DNA from: Dehalococcoidia bacterium UBA5620
GTDB taxonomy: Bacteria > Chloroflexota > Dehalococcoidia > GIF9 > UBA5629
Length of the DNA: 64,000 bases
NCBI GenBank assembly: GCA_002423605.1
Contig: DIKK01000006.1
Span: 1,216-65,215 of the forward strand
Direction: 5' to 3'
Positions 40,940-50,502 of the stretch are shown here, piece after piece (within the stretch, counting starts at the first letter, position 1; each line of letters begins with the position of its first letter). The notes beneath the pieces were generated by a model, which ran no database searches, was not told the DNA's origin, and worked only from the letters and a program-made list of their open reading frames with translations. Made by a program: the position numbers and the translations under genes.

Positions 40940-42058
40940 TTAATCCATCTTTTTGGGGATCCAGCCTGATTTTCTCACCCACCAGAAGGAAAGGGCAGTA
41001 GCTACCACAGTGGAGATGACCAGAAGCGTTATGTACCAGCCACGGTCGTCTGGCGTCATGGCGAACGCCGAGTTGCCGAAGACCGTCGCTAGCGTATTGG
41101 GTACGAGTACGGCGGTGCCCAAGACGGTTAAGTAGGTCATAATCAGCGCCATCCTGTTGTTGAGCACCTGAAGCTGGTTATTGTAGATAGATTGAAGCAC
41201 TTCCAATCCTGAAGCCAGTACTTCGGACAGGTGCTCGGCAAGGCCGATCTGCTGCTTGACGCTGTCAGCAAGCAATCCCACCTGCTCCAGGATATGTGTC
41301 TCGTCTGTGATCAGCTCAGCGTCTCCGTAACGGACGTCATGGAGCACATCTACTGTCTCCCAAAGTGCATTCAGGTAGACGATCAAAGCATGCTTCATGT
41401 CGTATATCTCGGGACCAAGTACAGTACGGGGAACCTGGGGATCTATCAGCCGCTTGCTCAGGTTGTCGCCAAACTCCTCGATCTGGCGCAGATGCTCAAA
41501 GTTGCGGTCGTTGTTTTGGTCTATTATGCGCATAAGCAGCAACGTCAATCTACTCTGCATGGGTGCTTCCATGGGTATCTTCTGCAGTATCTTATTGGCA
41601 TAGCGGCGCAAACGGCTGAATCTCCGGTCCACAAGGATGGGGTGAATAGTTAGGATAAAGTTCTTTCTCAAGAGCAGCAAGGTGGTGTGAGGCTGTACGT
41701 CGGGATGGGGCTCGAGGCGAATCTGGATGGATGGAAGCTTAATCGCCATCTCAGTGTCCAGGTCTTCATATAGCAGTCGCGAATCTCCTGCAAGCGAAAA
41801 AATAAGCTGGTCACTGAAGCCGAGCAGCGTGCCAGCAATGTGGGCATCCTTTTCGAAATCGGTGGTTCTGAGGTCTATCCAGGCAAGGGTTGTATCATGA
41901 AGGACTTCCAGAAAGCTTGCCGGTGAATCGGCTTCTTCATTAAAGATGCTACCATCAGAGTGTATTGCAACGCAAGACCATTGCTTATGAGGTGTATCAG
42001 TTTCGTTGAATCTCTCTTCGGTTATAAATCTGCCATTGGGATGAAGTTCTTTTTCCAT
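40940..42058 (-). CDS. CorA-like divalent cation transporter family protein
   Basis: 372 aa. Large soluble N-terminal domain and two C-terminal TM helices. GNS occupies the position of the canonical GMN motif. Confidence 0.5.
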   Translation of the reverse strand: MEKELHPNGRFITEERFNETDTPHKQWSCVAIHSDGSIFNEEADSPASFLEVLHDTTLAWIDLRTTDFEKDAHIAGTLLGFSDQLIFSLAGDSRLLYEDLDTEMAIKLPSIQIRLEPHPDVQPHTTLLLLRKNFILTIHPILVDRRFSRLRRYANKILQKIPMEAPMQSRLTLLLMRIIDQNNDRNFEHLRQIEEFGDNLSKRLIDPQVPRTVLGPEIYDMKHALIVYLNALWETVDVLHDVRYGDAELITDETHILEQVGLLADSVKQQIGLAEHLSEVLASGLEVLQSIYNNQLQVLNNRMALIMTYLTVLGTAVLVPNTLATVFGNSAFAMTPDDRGWYITLLVISTVVATALSFWWVRKSGWIPKKMD

Positions 42059-42252
42059 GTCGGCCCTCGTTTTGTCATGTTGTCTGCGCGCCGAATTATG
42101 GCAACATTGAAGGCGTTAGTCAACCGATTTTGGTATACGTAATACTCGGACAATGGGACAAAAAAATCTGCTGGAAGGGGATCGCCCAACAGTGATTGCA
42201 AAAGAGGTGGGTGGGAAGGTAGAATGCTTATCAACCTTTCAGGAGCTTATTT

Positions 42253-42873
42253 ATGCTAATCGTTGGACTTACAGGTGGGATAGCGACGGGGAAGAGCCTG
42301 GTGTCATCGTATCTTAAGGAGCTGGGTGTCTATATCATTGACTGGGATGTCATCACCATGGAGATTGAGGAGCCAGGAATGCCGGCGTGGCAGGACGTCG
42401 TGAACTGTTTCGGCAAAGAGATTTTACAGAAAGATGGCAGGCTCGACCGGAGCAAGCTGGGCCAGATAGTGTTTAATGACGAGGCAAAGCGCCTGAAGCT
42501 GAACTCCTTTACCCATCCGCGCATCATCGAGGAGGCAAAGAAACAGGAAAAGGCTATCGTGGAATCTGACCCGAATGCGGTTGTTGTCCACGATGTGCCG
42601 CTGCTGTTCGAGGTGGGCATTGACAAGATGGTGGCTAAGACGGTGGCGGTATATGCTACTGAGGAAGACCAGATTGAGCGGCTTAAGACCAGGGATGGCA
42701 TGAGCAGAGATGATGCCCTGAGCCGGATCCGGTCTCAAATGCCCCCGGCAGACAAGACGAAACGAGCCGACTATGTCATTGATGACAGCGGCTCTGCGGA
42801 GGAAACCAAGAAGCAGGTGCAGGAGCTGTACCGGAAGCTGGTGGCGATGGCGCATTCCCCAATACGCAGCTAA
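42253..42873 (+). CDS. coaE: dephospho-CoA kinase
   Basis: 206 aa. MLIVGLTGGIATGKS P-loop and CoaE fold. Confidence 0.85.
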   Translation: MLIVGLTGGIATGKSLVSSYLKELGVYIIDWDVITMEIEEPGMPAWQDVVNCFGKEILQKDGRLDRSKLGQIVFNDEAKRLKLNSFTHPRIIEEAKKQEKAIVESDPNAVVVHDVPLLFEVGIDKMVAKTVAVYATEEDQIERLKTRDGMSRDDALSRIRSQMPPADKTKRADYVIDDSGSAEETKKQVQELYRKLVAMAHSPIRS

Positions 42874-45800
42874 TAGCGAAAGATGAGGACTACTAAGCCT
42901 ATTATCAATGCCCCTCCGAACCCGATAACCGCCCATACCCATGGTGGAGTAACGCTTGGAGCTGGTACCACCTGTATGGGTATTGGGGCGGAAGCGGTAC
43001 GGAAAGAAAATGTGGCGCTCCAATCGCTTGATACCGGCATACCGTTTACCTCGATGGCACGCACCCGCCAGAAGTAATCTGTGTTGTAATCAAGGGCGCC
43101 ACCATATTTGTATGCTGTAGTTGTAGTTTCGTCCCTGATTGTCTGGGTCAGGTTGGCATCGTTAGCTAATATAAACTCATACCTGGTAGCCTCTTTGTAG
43201 GGAGTCCAGGAGAATGCGACCGGCTGAACCGGGCACCCCAGGCAACCATTGTCGGGGCTGAGCAGTTTCACCCCTAAATACGGCGACTGTACCATAGCAC
43301 CGGCCTTAACAGTGAATGTATCAATCAGCGACCAGGGGCTTCTGATAAACTCCCCGGTAGTTGCATGTCTTGTTCTTGTCCTCCAGTGATAGGCATGGCC
43401 GCACTCCAGATTGCCCCGGTTGGCTATTTCAGAGGCTGGGGTTGCCACCAGCCCGCCGGCGGGAAAGAAGACCGCCGGCGCTGTCAGGTCCTCAGGAATA
43501 ATATGGTCGTTACCAAAGACACGTATCGTAAAATGATCATCTTTGGCTATCTGTAGCTCATACTGGTTGGACAGCGATAGCTGCTGCCAGGGGAGGTTGA
43601 CCTCCTGGTTCCTGCCGCTAACCGGGTCGCAGCCAACTGTGTCCGGGCCATCTGTCACCGGGCCGGATTTGCAGATATTGTCGTCGAATCTATAGATGAG
43701 CATATTGGCAAAATCAATAGCCCATACTACATTTTGCCCTATACCACTGGCTAACTTGAGCGATGGCATATTATTGGGGAAAATGGTTATGGGGTCGAAG
43801 ACAGTTCCTACGGGCAGCGTGCGGTTCAGTATATCGAACTCAATGTTCCAAACATAAGGTTCACCGGGGTTGAGAGACCTATCCATGCCGCCTCCTCCGA
43901 TGCCATCGACCTTCTCCGCCCGCAGCGCATAGAGCGTGCCTTCGGTGCCCATAGCCAGGCCGCAGATGCGCTGCCCGGTTTTAAGCTGTGTAATTGGCTC
44001 ATCGATCTGCTCCCATTCGGTAGAGGTGCCGATAGTCCAGCGCCAGATGCCATCATCAGCGATGTTGTCGGCGGCATAGATGAGCCTGTTCTGGCTGTAG
44101 CCGGCATCGGCCACCACCTGTACATCGCCCGGGCCATAGCCTACAGGCTTATCGATTTTGGTGAAGCTGGCGCCGCCATCGGTGGAATAGGCTACCTTGT
44201 TGCCCTCCGGGGCGTCGCTGCTATTGCTTTCGCTGCTGCCGGCGAGGATGTTTCCCTTGCCCGGCACAGACAGCATGTTGATTCCAGAGAGGCCGGTGTC
44301 CACCGGCTCCTGCCAGGTAAGGCCGCCATCAACGCTCTTACGGATATTGCCGCGGGGCAGCGCAACGTAGACGGTATCCTTATCCTCCACCGCCATGTCG
44401 ATTACCCTGCCCGGGCTGTTGTATAGCTTCTGCCATGAGCTTGAGTTTCCTCTGATGTGAGACATCGCCATCATGCTGTTACCGGGCGCGGCGCTCTCTG
44501 TCAGGTTGCCCTTCACTTCTGCCGCGTAGAGCGTATAGTCATCAGCATAATCCGGGCTTAATCTCAGGATGACCCTGTCTGATTTGGTCCATATTGTCAG
44601 CAGGCGACTCCAATAGCTGCCCAGCGGCTCCCCGGCGGTGCGCCAGACATATTCTGCGGCAACACTGTATGTGGCCATGAACAGGCTTTTTGAGTCGGGG
44701 GCAGGGGCTATATCCGATATGTGTATATCATCGGTGTTGATTAGGCTGGTCTGCTCCCAGTTATTGCCGTTGTCCTGGCTCTGAGAGAAGGAGCTTTCAT
44801 CATAGAGAAACCCAGTGGTTAATTGGCCGGTGCCGCAAAAGGCCACGGTGCCACTTTGGTTCCAGGCCACCTGTGCATTTCCCGGCCCCGAAGGAGGCTG
44901 GTTGGCTGTTTGCCAGGATGTTGATGGGGGCGTGGCATAGAAAGGGTCAGCCAGCCGCCGTACCTGAGTAGTATATGCAGTTTCTGGGTTAACATCGCCG
45001 GCGATCAGCTTGCCAGCCTGAATTGTGCCGAAGTATGCCATACTGCTTATGGCAATGTTGCTGAGGAGCTGAATCTGATACGGTGATGTAGCATCGTCCA
45101 GGCGATAGATGCCATTATCAAGGGCAGTCACGGGGTTAGTGGGCTCCCTGTCACAATTAACCAGCACTTTTCTAGACGTTGAACTCCCTCCCTCATCATA
45201 GTCTGAAGGCAGGGCTATAGAGGAAACGATATCTGTCACGCCAATATCATCGCCAAGTAAAGCACCGATTTGCACCGGATTAGGGTTCCACGCTGTGGTT
45301 TGAGAGGAAAGGTCTCTTTGACCAATACACAGCCATGTGGCTGCAGTGGGTGCATCGACAGCTGTTGAAGCCACAGCCAGGATTGTTAAGTCGGAATTAT
45401 ATCGTGGAGAGAAAGCTATCGCCGATACCTCAGCACCAGGGGCAGGGGCAAAGGTCAAGCCCTGATCTCTCCACCCGCCGAAAGAGGCTCCGACCTGGAG
45501 CGTCCATATCTGCCCGTCAGTAGTGGCGTTACCCCACTGTGCCGTGCCGACTGCAATATCGTGGGTAAGGTTAGAGCCCACGATATACCCATTGGATATG
45601 GCAACGCATTGAATGCTGCCGCTGATACCGGTCAAGCCGGTATCAGCCCAGGTAGCACCGTTGTTGTCAGACAAATATACTTTCGTCCTGTTGTTGGTGA
45701 CTATGGCCACGTACTGCGGCTTGTCAGGGGCTACGGCTATCTCCTGGGCGGGCAATAGAGCGCCGGAATTGCTCAAAGCGCTGGTGATATCGGTGAAGGT

Positions 45801-46019
45801 CAGGCCGCCGTTATACGACCTGTGGAGCTTACTGTTGGCAGTATCCACGGCATAGACCACATCATGGCTGGCCGCGATCCTATTGACCTCGGAGGGAGCA
45901 ATGATGATCTCGCCCTTGATACCTGGTTTATCTACCTCAGCCCATTTAAGGACTGCAGATGACTGCGCCTGAGCCGGCGGCGGCGCAGCTATAAGCGCCA
46001 GCCCTGGCAGTAACAGCAA
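42870..46019 (-). CDS. large (1049 aa) cell-surface protein with BNR/Asp-box repeats, signal peptide and C-terminal TM anchor
   Basis: Multiple S-x-D-x-G-x-T-W Asp-box repeats (SDNNGATWADTG, SQDNGNNWEQTS, SVDGGLTWQEPV, YSTDGGASFTKI). N-terminal signal (LLLPGLALIAAPPPAQA). C-terminal hydrophobic anchor (VWAVIGFGGALIIGLVVLIF). Confidence 0.6.
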   Translation of the reverse strand: MLLLPGLALIAAPPPAQAQSSAVLKWAEVDKPGIKGEIIIAPSEVNRIAASHDVVYAVDTANSKLHRSYNGGLTFTDITSALSNSGALLPAQEIAVAPDKPQYVAIVTNNRTKVYLSDNNGATWADTGLTGISGSIQCVAISNGYIVGSNLTHDIAVGTAQWGNATTDGQIWTLQVGASFGGWRDQGLTFAPAPGAEVSAIAFSPRYNSDLTILAVASTAVDAPTAATWLCIGQRDLSSQTTAWNPNPVQIGALLGDDIGVTDIVSSIALPSDYDEGGSSTSRKVLVNCDREPTNPVTALDNGIYRLDDATSPYQIQLLSNIAISSMAYFGTIQAGKLIAGDVNPETAYTTQVRRLADPFYATPPSTSWQTANQPPSGPGNAQVAWNQSGTVAFCGTGQLTTGFLYDESSFSQSQDNGNNWEQTSLINTDDIHISDIAPAPDSKSLFMATYSVAAEYVWRTAGEPLGSYWSRLLTIWTKSDRVILRLSPDYADDYTLYAAEVKGNLTESAAPGNSMMAMSHIRGNSSSWQKLYNSPGRVIDMAVEDKDTVYVALPRGNIRKSVDGGLTWQEPVDTGLSGINMLSVPGKGNILAGSSESNSSDAPEGNKVAYSTDGGASFTKIDKPVGYGPGDVQVVADAGYSQNRLIYAADNIADDGIWRWTIGTSTEWEQIDEPITQLKTGQRICGLAMGTEGTLYALRAEKVDGIGGGGMDRSLNPGEPYVWNIEFDILNRTLPVGTVFDPITIFPNNMPSLKLASGIGQNVVWAIDFANMLIYRFDDNICKSGPVTDGPDTVGCDPVSGRNQEVNLPWQQLSLSNQYELQIAKDDHFTIRVFGNDHIIPEDLTAPAVFFPAGGLVATPASEIANRGNLECGHAYHWRTRTRHATTGEFIRSPWSLIDTFTVKAGAMVQSPYLGVKLLSPDNGCLGCPVQPVAFSWTPYKEATRYEFILANDANLTQTIRDETTTTAYKYGGALDYNTDYFWRVRAIEVNGMPVSSDWSATFSFRTASAPIPIQVVPAPSVTPPWVWAVIGFGGALIIGLVVLIFRY

Positions 46020-46253
46020 GGCTGATAAGCAGGAACATATCTTTATTCTATTTATTTTTATGGGAAACCCTCAATTAAAGAATAGAATGGAGACCCGGGC
46101 CAACTAAATGGTACGACTGAAATATTAATTTCTTATTAACACAGGGCGTTCACGAACCCTGGCCTTAATGAAATATTAATAATTTCTGAGTATACTGTGT
46201 TAACGGCGCACCTGATTCTAATTATGCAACATGAAAGCGAAAAGATAAAATAA

Positions 46254-47573
46254 ATGAAAATGTACAAGATGATAACTGCTGCCATGCTGATTATGGTTCT
46301 TGGTATCCTCTCTCTTAGCTGCGGAGCTAAAACTAACTCGGCTGCTGCGGCGAACCAGGTCGCTGGGGTGCAACGAGGGAACCTCAATATCAGCATCCTG
46401 GCCAGCGGCAATCTGGAGACAGCCCATGAGGAAAACCTGTCGTTTTACTCGGCAGGCACGGTGGCGGAAGTGCTGGTGAAAATCGGGGACCATGTGGAGG
46501 TAGGACAAGTCTTGGCAAAGCTCGATACCGCACCTCTGGAGAGCTCCCTGGCGCAGGCACAGATAAATGTGAAATCCGCACAACAGGCCCTAGAAAATGC
46601 GCAGACGCCCACGACCAATTCCAGCGGGGCGGTCATCGCAGCGCCCGACCCCTTGACTATAGAGATCAAACAACTGCAGCTACAAAATTCCAAGGCCAAC
46701 CTGGCCGAGGCGCAAAAGAGCCTAGATAAGGCCACTATCATTGCTCCTTTTGCCGGGCTGGTCACCGACGTAAATGTGGTGCCGGGTGACCAGGTTTCTG
46801 CCAATGCTGTGGGGGTGCGCATCATCGACCCGGAAAATTTCCAGACTGAGGTGCTGGTCAACGAGACGGAGATATATCAACTGAGCATTGGAACTCCGGC
46901 CACTGTACAGGTTGTGGCACTGCCGGGATATTCATTTCCGGCCAGGGTAGCGCTCATGGCGGAGACCCCCACCATCGCGTCAAATGTGGTGAACTATAAG
47001 GTGACGGTGCAGATGGACCCGGTGGGTGCAACAGCTAGTCAAAATCAAACAACGCCGCGTACGTTCCCGGGGACAGCATCTGGTAATCAGACAGCCCCCG
47101 GCAATCAGGCAGTCTCTGGTAATCAGACCAGCGGCCAGCAGTCCGCCAGACGATCGTATACCGGGCAGGCCTCAGCTACGTCGGGGCAACTGAGCCGGCA
47201 GCAAAGCCAAACTACCACAGCGCTGCCGGCGGGCTTGAGGTTGAGAGAAGGGCTTACAGTTACTATAAGCATCGTAACCGAGGAGAGAAACAGTGTGTTG
47301 CTGGTGCCTAACAGGGCGATAACCAGCCGAGGCGGCAAATATTATGTTCAGGTGGTATCTGCATCAGGAGTCACCGAAGAGCGTGTGATACAGGCTGGCA
47401 TCACGGATGGGCAAAATACTGAAGTCATCAGCGGGCTCAGCGAGGGCGACCAGGTGTCTATCGCGAGTAATGCTGCTGCATCAACAACGACGTCTACCAG
47501 CACCCAGCAGAGAACGCAAACGCCATCGATTACCGGCGGAGGAATACGCATACCGGGCGTCACCACCAGATGA
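46254..47573 (+). CDS. efflux transporter periplasmic adaptor subunit (HlyD/MacA-like)
   Basis: 439 aa. Signal/anchor, coiled-coil hairpin, biotinyl-lipoyl-like and beta-barrel segments. Q/T/S-rich insert before the C-terminal domain. First gene of a three-gene operon. Confidence 0.75.
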   Translation: MKMYKMITAAMLIMVLGILSLSCGAKTNSAAAANQVAGVQRGNLNISILASGNLETAHEENLSFYSAGTVAEVLVKIGDHVEVGQVLAKLDTAPLESSLAQAQINVKSAQQALENAQTPTTNSSGAVIAAPDPLTIEIKQLQLQNSKANLAEAQKSLDKATIIAPFAGLVTDVNVVPGDQVSANAVGVRIIDPENFQTEVLVNETEIYQLSIGTPATVQVVALPGYSFPARVALMAETPTIASNVVNYKVTVQMDPVGATASQNQTTPRTFPGTASGNQTAPGNQAVSGNQTSGQQSARRSYTGQASATSGQLSRQQSQTTTALPAGLRLREGLTVTISIVTEERNSVLLVPNRAITSRGGKYYVQVVSASGVTEERVIQAGITDGQNTEVISGLSEGDQVSIASNAAASTTTSTSTQQRTQTPSITGGGIRIPGVTTR

Positions 47574-48238
47574 TTCAATTACAGGATATAGCAAAAATAT
47601 ATCCCATCGGCAATAGAGAACTGCAAGTACTAAGCGGCATAAGTTTCACTATTGAAACGGGTGAGCTGGTTGCGATTATGGGGCCATCGGGCTCTGGGAA
47701 ATCGACTATACTCAACCTTCTAGGTTGCCTTGACGTACCCAGTTCAGGCAGCTACTATCTCGACGGTCAGGAAGTCAGCCGGCTCAGTAGTAAAGAACTT
47801 GCTCATATCAGGGCACAAAAGATCGGGTTTGTTTTTCAGCAGTTTAACCTTCTCCCCAAGCTGTCGGCGCTGTCTAACGTCAAATTGGGATTGGAATACG
47901 CCGGCGCCGATGATTTCAAATCGGCCATGGAATCGCTGACTACTGTGGGACTTGCCGATCGGGCCGATCACCGCCCCAGCGAGCTTTCCGGCGGGGAGCA
48001 GCAGCGGGTGGCTATAGCGCGTGCCCTGGCAAAAACCCCCCCTCTGATACTGGCGGATGAGCCCACGGGAAACCTGGATAGCCGTTCCGGTGACGAGATA
48101 ATCTCGATGCTCACACAGCTACACGCCGAGCAGAAGATTACCCTGGTAATGATCACACATGACGCAAAAGTTGCCCAACGTTGTCAGCGTGTCATTTATA
48201 TTAAAGACGGCAGAGTAGAAAAAGATGAAAAAGTATAA
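47570..48238 (+). CDS. ABC transporter ATP-binding protein (MacB/LolD-like)
   Basis: 222 aa. Walker [10 protein letters not shown], signature [15 protein letters not shown], Walker [12 protein letters not shown]. Confidence 0.9.
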   Translation: MIQLQDIAKIYPIGNRELQVLSGISFTIETGELVAIMGPSGSGKSTILNLLGCLDVPSSGSYYLDGQEVSRLSSKELAHIRAQKIGFVFQQFNLLPKLSALSNVKLGLEYAGADDFKSAMESLTTVGLADRADHRPSELSGGEQQRVAIARALAKTPPLILADEPTGNLDSRSGDEIISMLTQLHAEQKITLVMITHDAKVAQRCQRVIYIKDGRVEKDEKV

Positions 48239-49469
48239 AAAGCTGTTAAGGCCTTTTGCTAATTCATGGGGCGGTGTAACGTCGCACAAGCTGCGCAGCC
48301 TGTTGACTATTCTCGGAATCGTAATTGGTGTTTCGGCTGTAATTGCCCTGATGTCTATAGGCAAAGGTGCTGAGGCGGATATACTTGCCAGAATTCAGAC
48401 TCTGGGGCCAGACCTGATGATGATTACGCCCGGATCAAGTATGGGCGCTGGTGGGGTAAGAGGCGCCGCAGGTAGTTCCACCACACTGACTATGGAAGAC
48501 GCCATAGCGATAGCTGATAAGACAGACCTTGTCTCATCTGTGACACCAATTTTTTCCAGAAGCCTCCAGCTGATTGCCGGCAGCCAGAATATGAATGCCC
48601 AGGTTGTCGGGACGACCCCGGCATACATGCAAACATACAATTTGAATACCACCAGCGGTACCTTCTTCTCTGATTATGACTTTCAACGCGGTACTAGGGT
48701 AGCCGTGCTGGGCTCTACGGTGGCGCAAACATTGTATAGTAACAGCGATCCGTTGGGGACAGATTTACGGCTTGGTACTATTATCGTGCGCGTTATCGGA
48801 GTCCTGGCAAGCAAAGGATCCGTAAGCGGTTCACCGGATAACATGGTCTTCATTCCATTGAGTGCCATGCAACAGGCAGTGGCCCAACAGCGAACCGCGC
48901 GTGGTGAACAGGTGATATCATCTATCTCTCTGAAAGTGATTGATTTGAATAGCGCCGACATAGTGGTTCAGGAAATCACAGACCTGCTGCGTACACGTCA
49001 CCGCCTTATACAATCAGCGGCAAACGATTTCACTGTTACTTCGATGCAAGAAGTGGCCAGTACAGTTTCAGACACAATGGCCACGACGACCATGCTGCTG
49101 GGTGCAATTGCCGCGATTTCCCTGCTAGTCGGCGGCATTGGTGTGATGAATATCATGCTTGTTTCGGTACTGGAGAGAACCAGGGAGATAGGCATCCGCA
49201 AAGCGCTTGGGGCCAAGGACAGCGATATATGGATTCAATTTCTCATCGAGTCGGCATTTCTTTCCCTTGCCGGCGGCATCATCGGGGTTATGCTTGGATG
49301 GGGAGTGGCATTTGGCGTGTCCAGTTTTGGGTCTGTGCATACCCTGGTTAGCGCTGATATTGTTACCCTCGCGGTTTCAGTATCGGTCGGCATAGGCTTG
49401 TTCTTTGGCTTTTACCCTGCTTGGCAGGCCTCACGGCTCAACCCGATTGAAGCGCTCAGGCATGAGTAG
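48225..49469 (+). CDS. ABC transporter permease (MacB/FtsX-like)
   Basis: 414 aa. N-terminal TM, large periplasmic MacB_PCD-like domain and a C-terminal FtsX four-helix bundle. Confidence 0.85.
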   Translation: MKKYKKLLRPFANSWGGVTSHKLRSLLTILGIVIGVSAVIALMSIGKGAEADILARIQTLGPDLMMITPGSSMGAGGVRGAAGSSTTLTMEDAIAIADKTDLVSSVTPIFSRSLQLIAGSQNMNAQVVGTTPAYMQTYNLNTTSGTFFSDYDFQRGTRVAVLGSTVAQTLYSNSDPLGTDLRLGTIIVRVIGVLASKGSVSGSPDNMVFIPLSAMQQAVAQQRTARGEQVISSISLKVIDLNSADIVVQEITDLLRTRHRLIQSAANDFTVTSMQEVASTVSDTMATTTMLLGAIAAISLLVGGIGVMNIMLVSVLERTREIGIRKALGAKDSDIWIQFLIESAFLSLAGGIIGVMLGWGVAFGVSSFGSVHTLVSADIVTLAVSVSVGIGLFFGFYPAWQASRLNPIEALRHE

Positions 49470-49567
49470 ACCAATCTGAAGTGTTTAACGAAAGATACAA
49501 GCGCCTGTCTTTAGAGATTCTTCCCGATTGCATCGGGATTGCAGTCGAGGCTCAGAAGATATAAAAA

Positions 49568-49605
49568 GGGTAGACTTATTAAGTTCTTGCCCTTGAAGTC
49601 TACCC
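49568..49605. terminator. hairpin downstream of the efflux operon (possible terminator, no U-tract)
   Basis: GGGTAGACTT ... AAGTCTACCC: 10-bp inverted repeat with an 18-nt loop. Confidence 0.3.
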
Positions 49606-49938
49606 TCAACTTCGTTCCACTACTTCTCCTTTTTGGTTCCACATACCACAATTATAGCTCCACTTCTGTGATGAGCCCTTTACTTACAGTTACTACACGA
49701 GAAGCTCGGGAACCTTCAACACCCCTCACCTTCACTAGTAAATCTGCTTACTGGCTCCAGTGAGGAGCCTGTATCAGGAAAATTCCATCGACACACTAGG
49801 CTCAGCAACCTCTCTAGGCTAAGAACCTTCACGTCTCTCACCTCCTTTTCCTAACTCCTCCTCTCCCCCACCTTATATCTTTATAATACACCTATGTCTT
49901 CTCATTTATCTGTGACTTTTGTCTCATTCCTGAAATAC

Positions 49939-50502
49939 TTATACCACTTCAAGGTGTTTATTCGGCGGGCAAGCTAAGCTATCTCTCAGGCTGTATTTGC
50001 AGCCGCAGTAGTTCTGGCGGTAGAGTTCCCATCGTCTGGCTGACTGTATAGCCTTTTTGAAGCCGTCCTTTTTCTTAAAGTCCCTGACCAGGAATTTATC
50101 TCCGCCGATCTCCTGCCCTATTGCGTTGATGATGGTCGCGGACTTCCGGGGGCCTATGGTAAGCGTGGTGGTGAAGGCGTCGGCACCGCAGGCTGTCATA
50201 TGCTGGTAGGTCTTTTCCAGCCTGAGGCGGAAGCATACCCTGCACCTTTTGCCACCTTCCTGTTCGTCTTCGAGGGAATCGGTTTCCCGTAGCCACTCTT
50301 GGGGCAGATATGTCTCAGCCTCCAGTGGAAAGTTCAGCTCGCGGGCTACCCTCTGGGCTGCCTCCAACCTCCTGTGGTATTCCTCCGCAGGATAGATGTT
50401 TGGATTATAGAAAAAGCCTACGACCTCGTGGCCTTCCGCTTTTAACGTCTCCGCTGCCCCTGCGGCGCACACGCCGCAGCATATATGCAGGCTCACCTTC
50501 AT
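49939..50502 (-). CDS. queH: epoxyqueuosine reductase QueH (DUF208)
   Basis: 187 aa. MKVSLHICCGVCAAG N-terminus and the C-terminal Cys cluster (CRVCF...CGCKYS) characteristic of QueH. Confidence 0.75.
   Translation of the reverse strand: MKVSLHICCGVCAAGAAETLKAEGHEVVGFFYNPNIYPAEEYHRRLEAAQRVARELNFPLEAETYLPQEWLRETDSLEDEQEGGKRCRVCFRLRLEKTYQHMTACGADAFTTTLTIGPRKSATIINAIGQEIGGDKFLVRDFKKKDGFKKAIQSARRWELYRQNYCGCKYSLRDSLACPPNKHLEVV

Noticed and set aside
49539-49763. 74-aa plus-strand ORF in the efflux/queH convergent spacer
   Set aside because: No SD, proline/leucine/threonine-rich low-complexity product, lies in a terminator-rich region.
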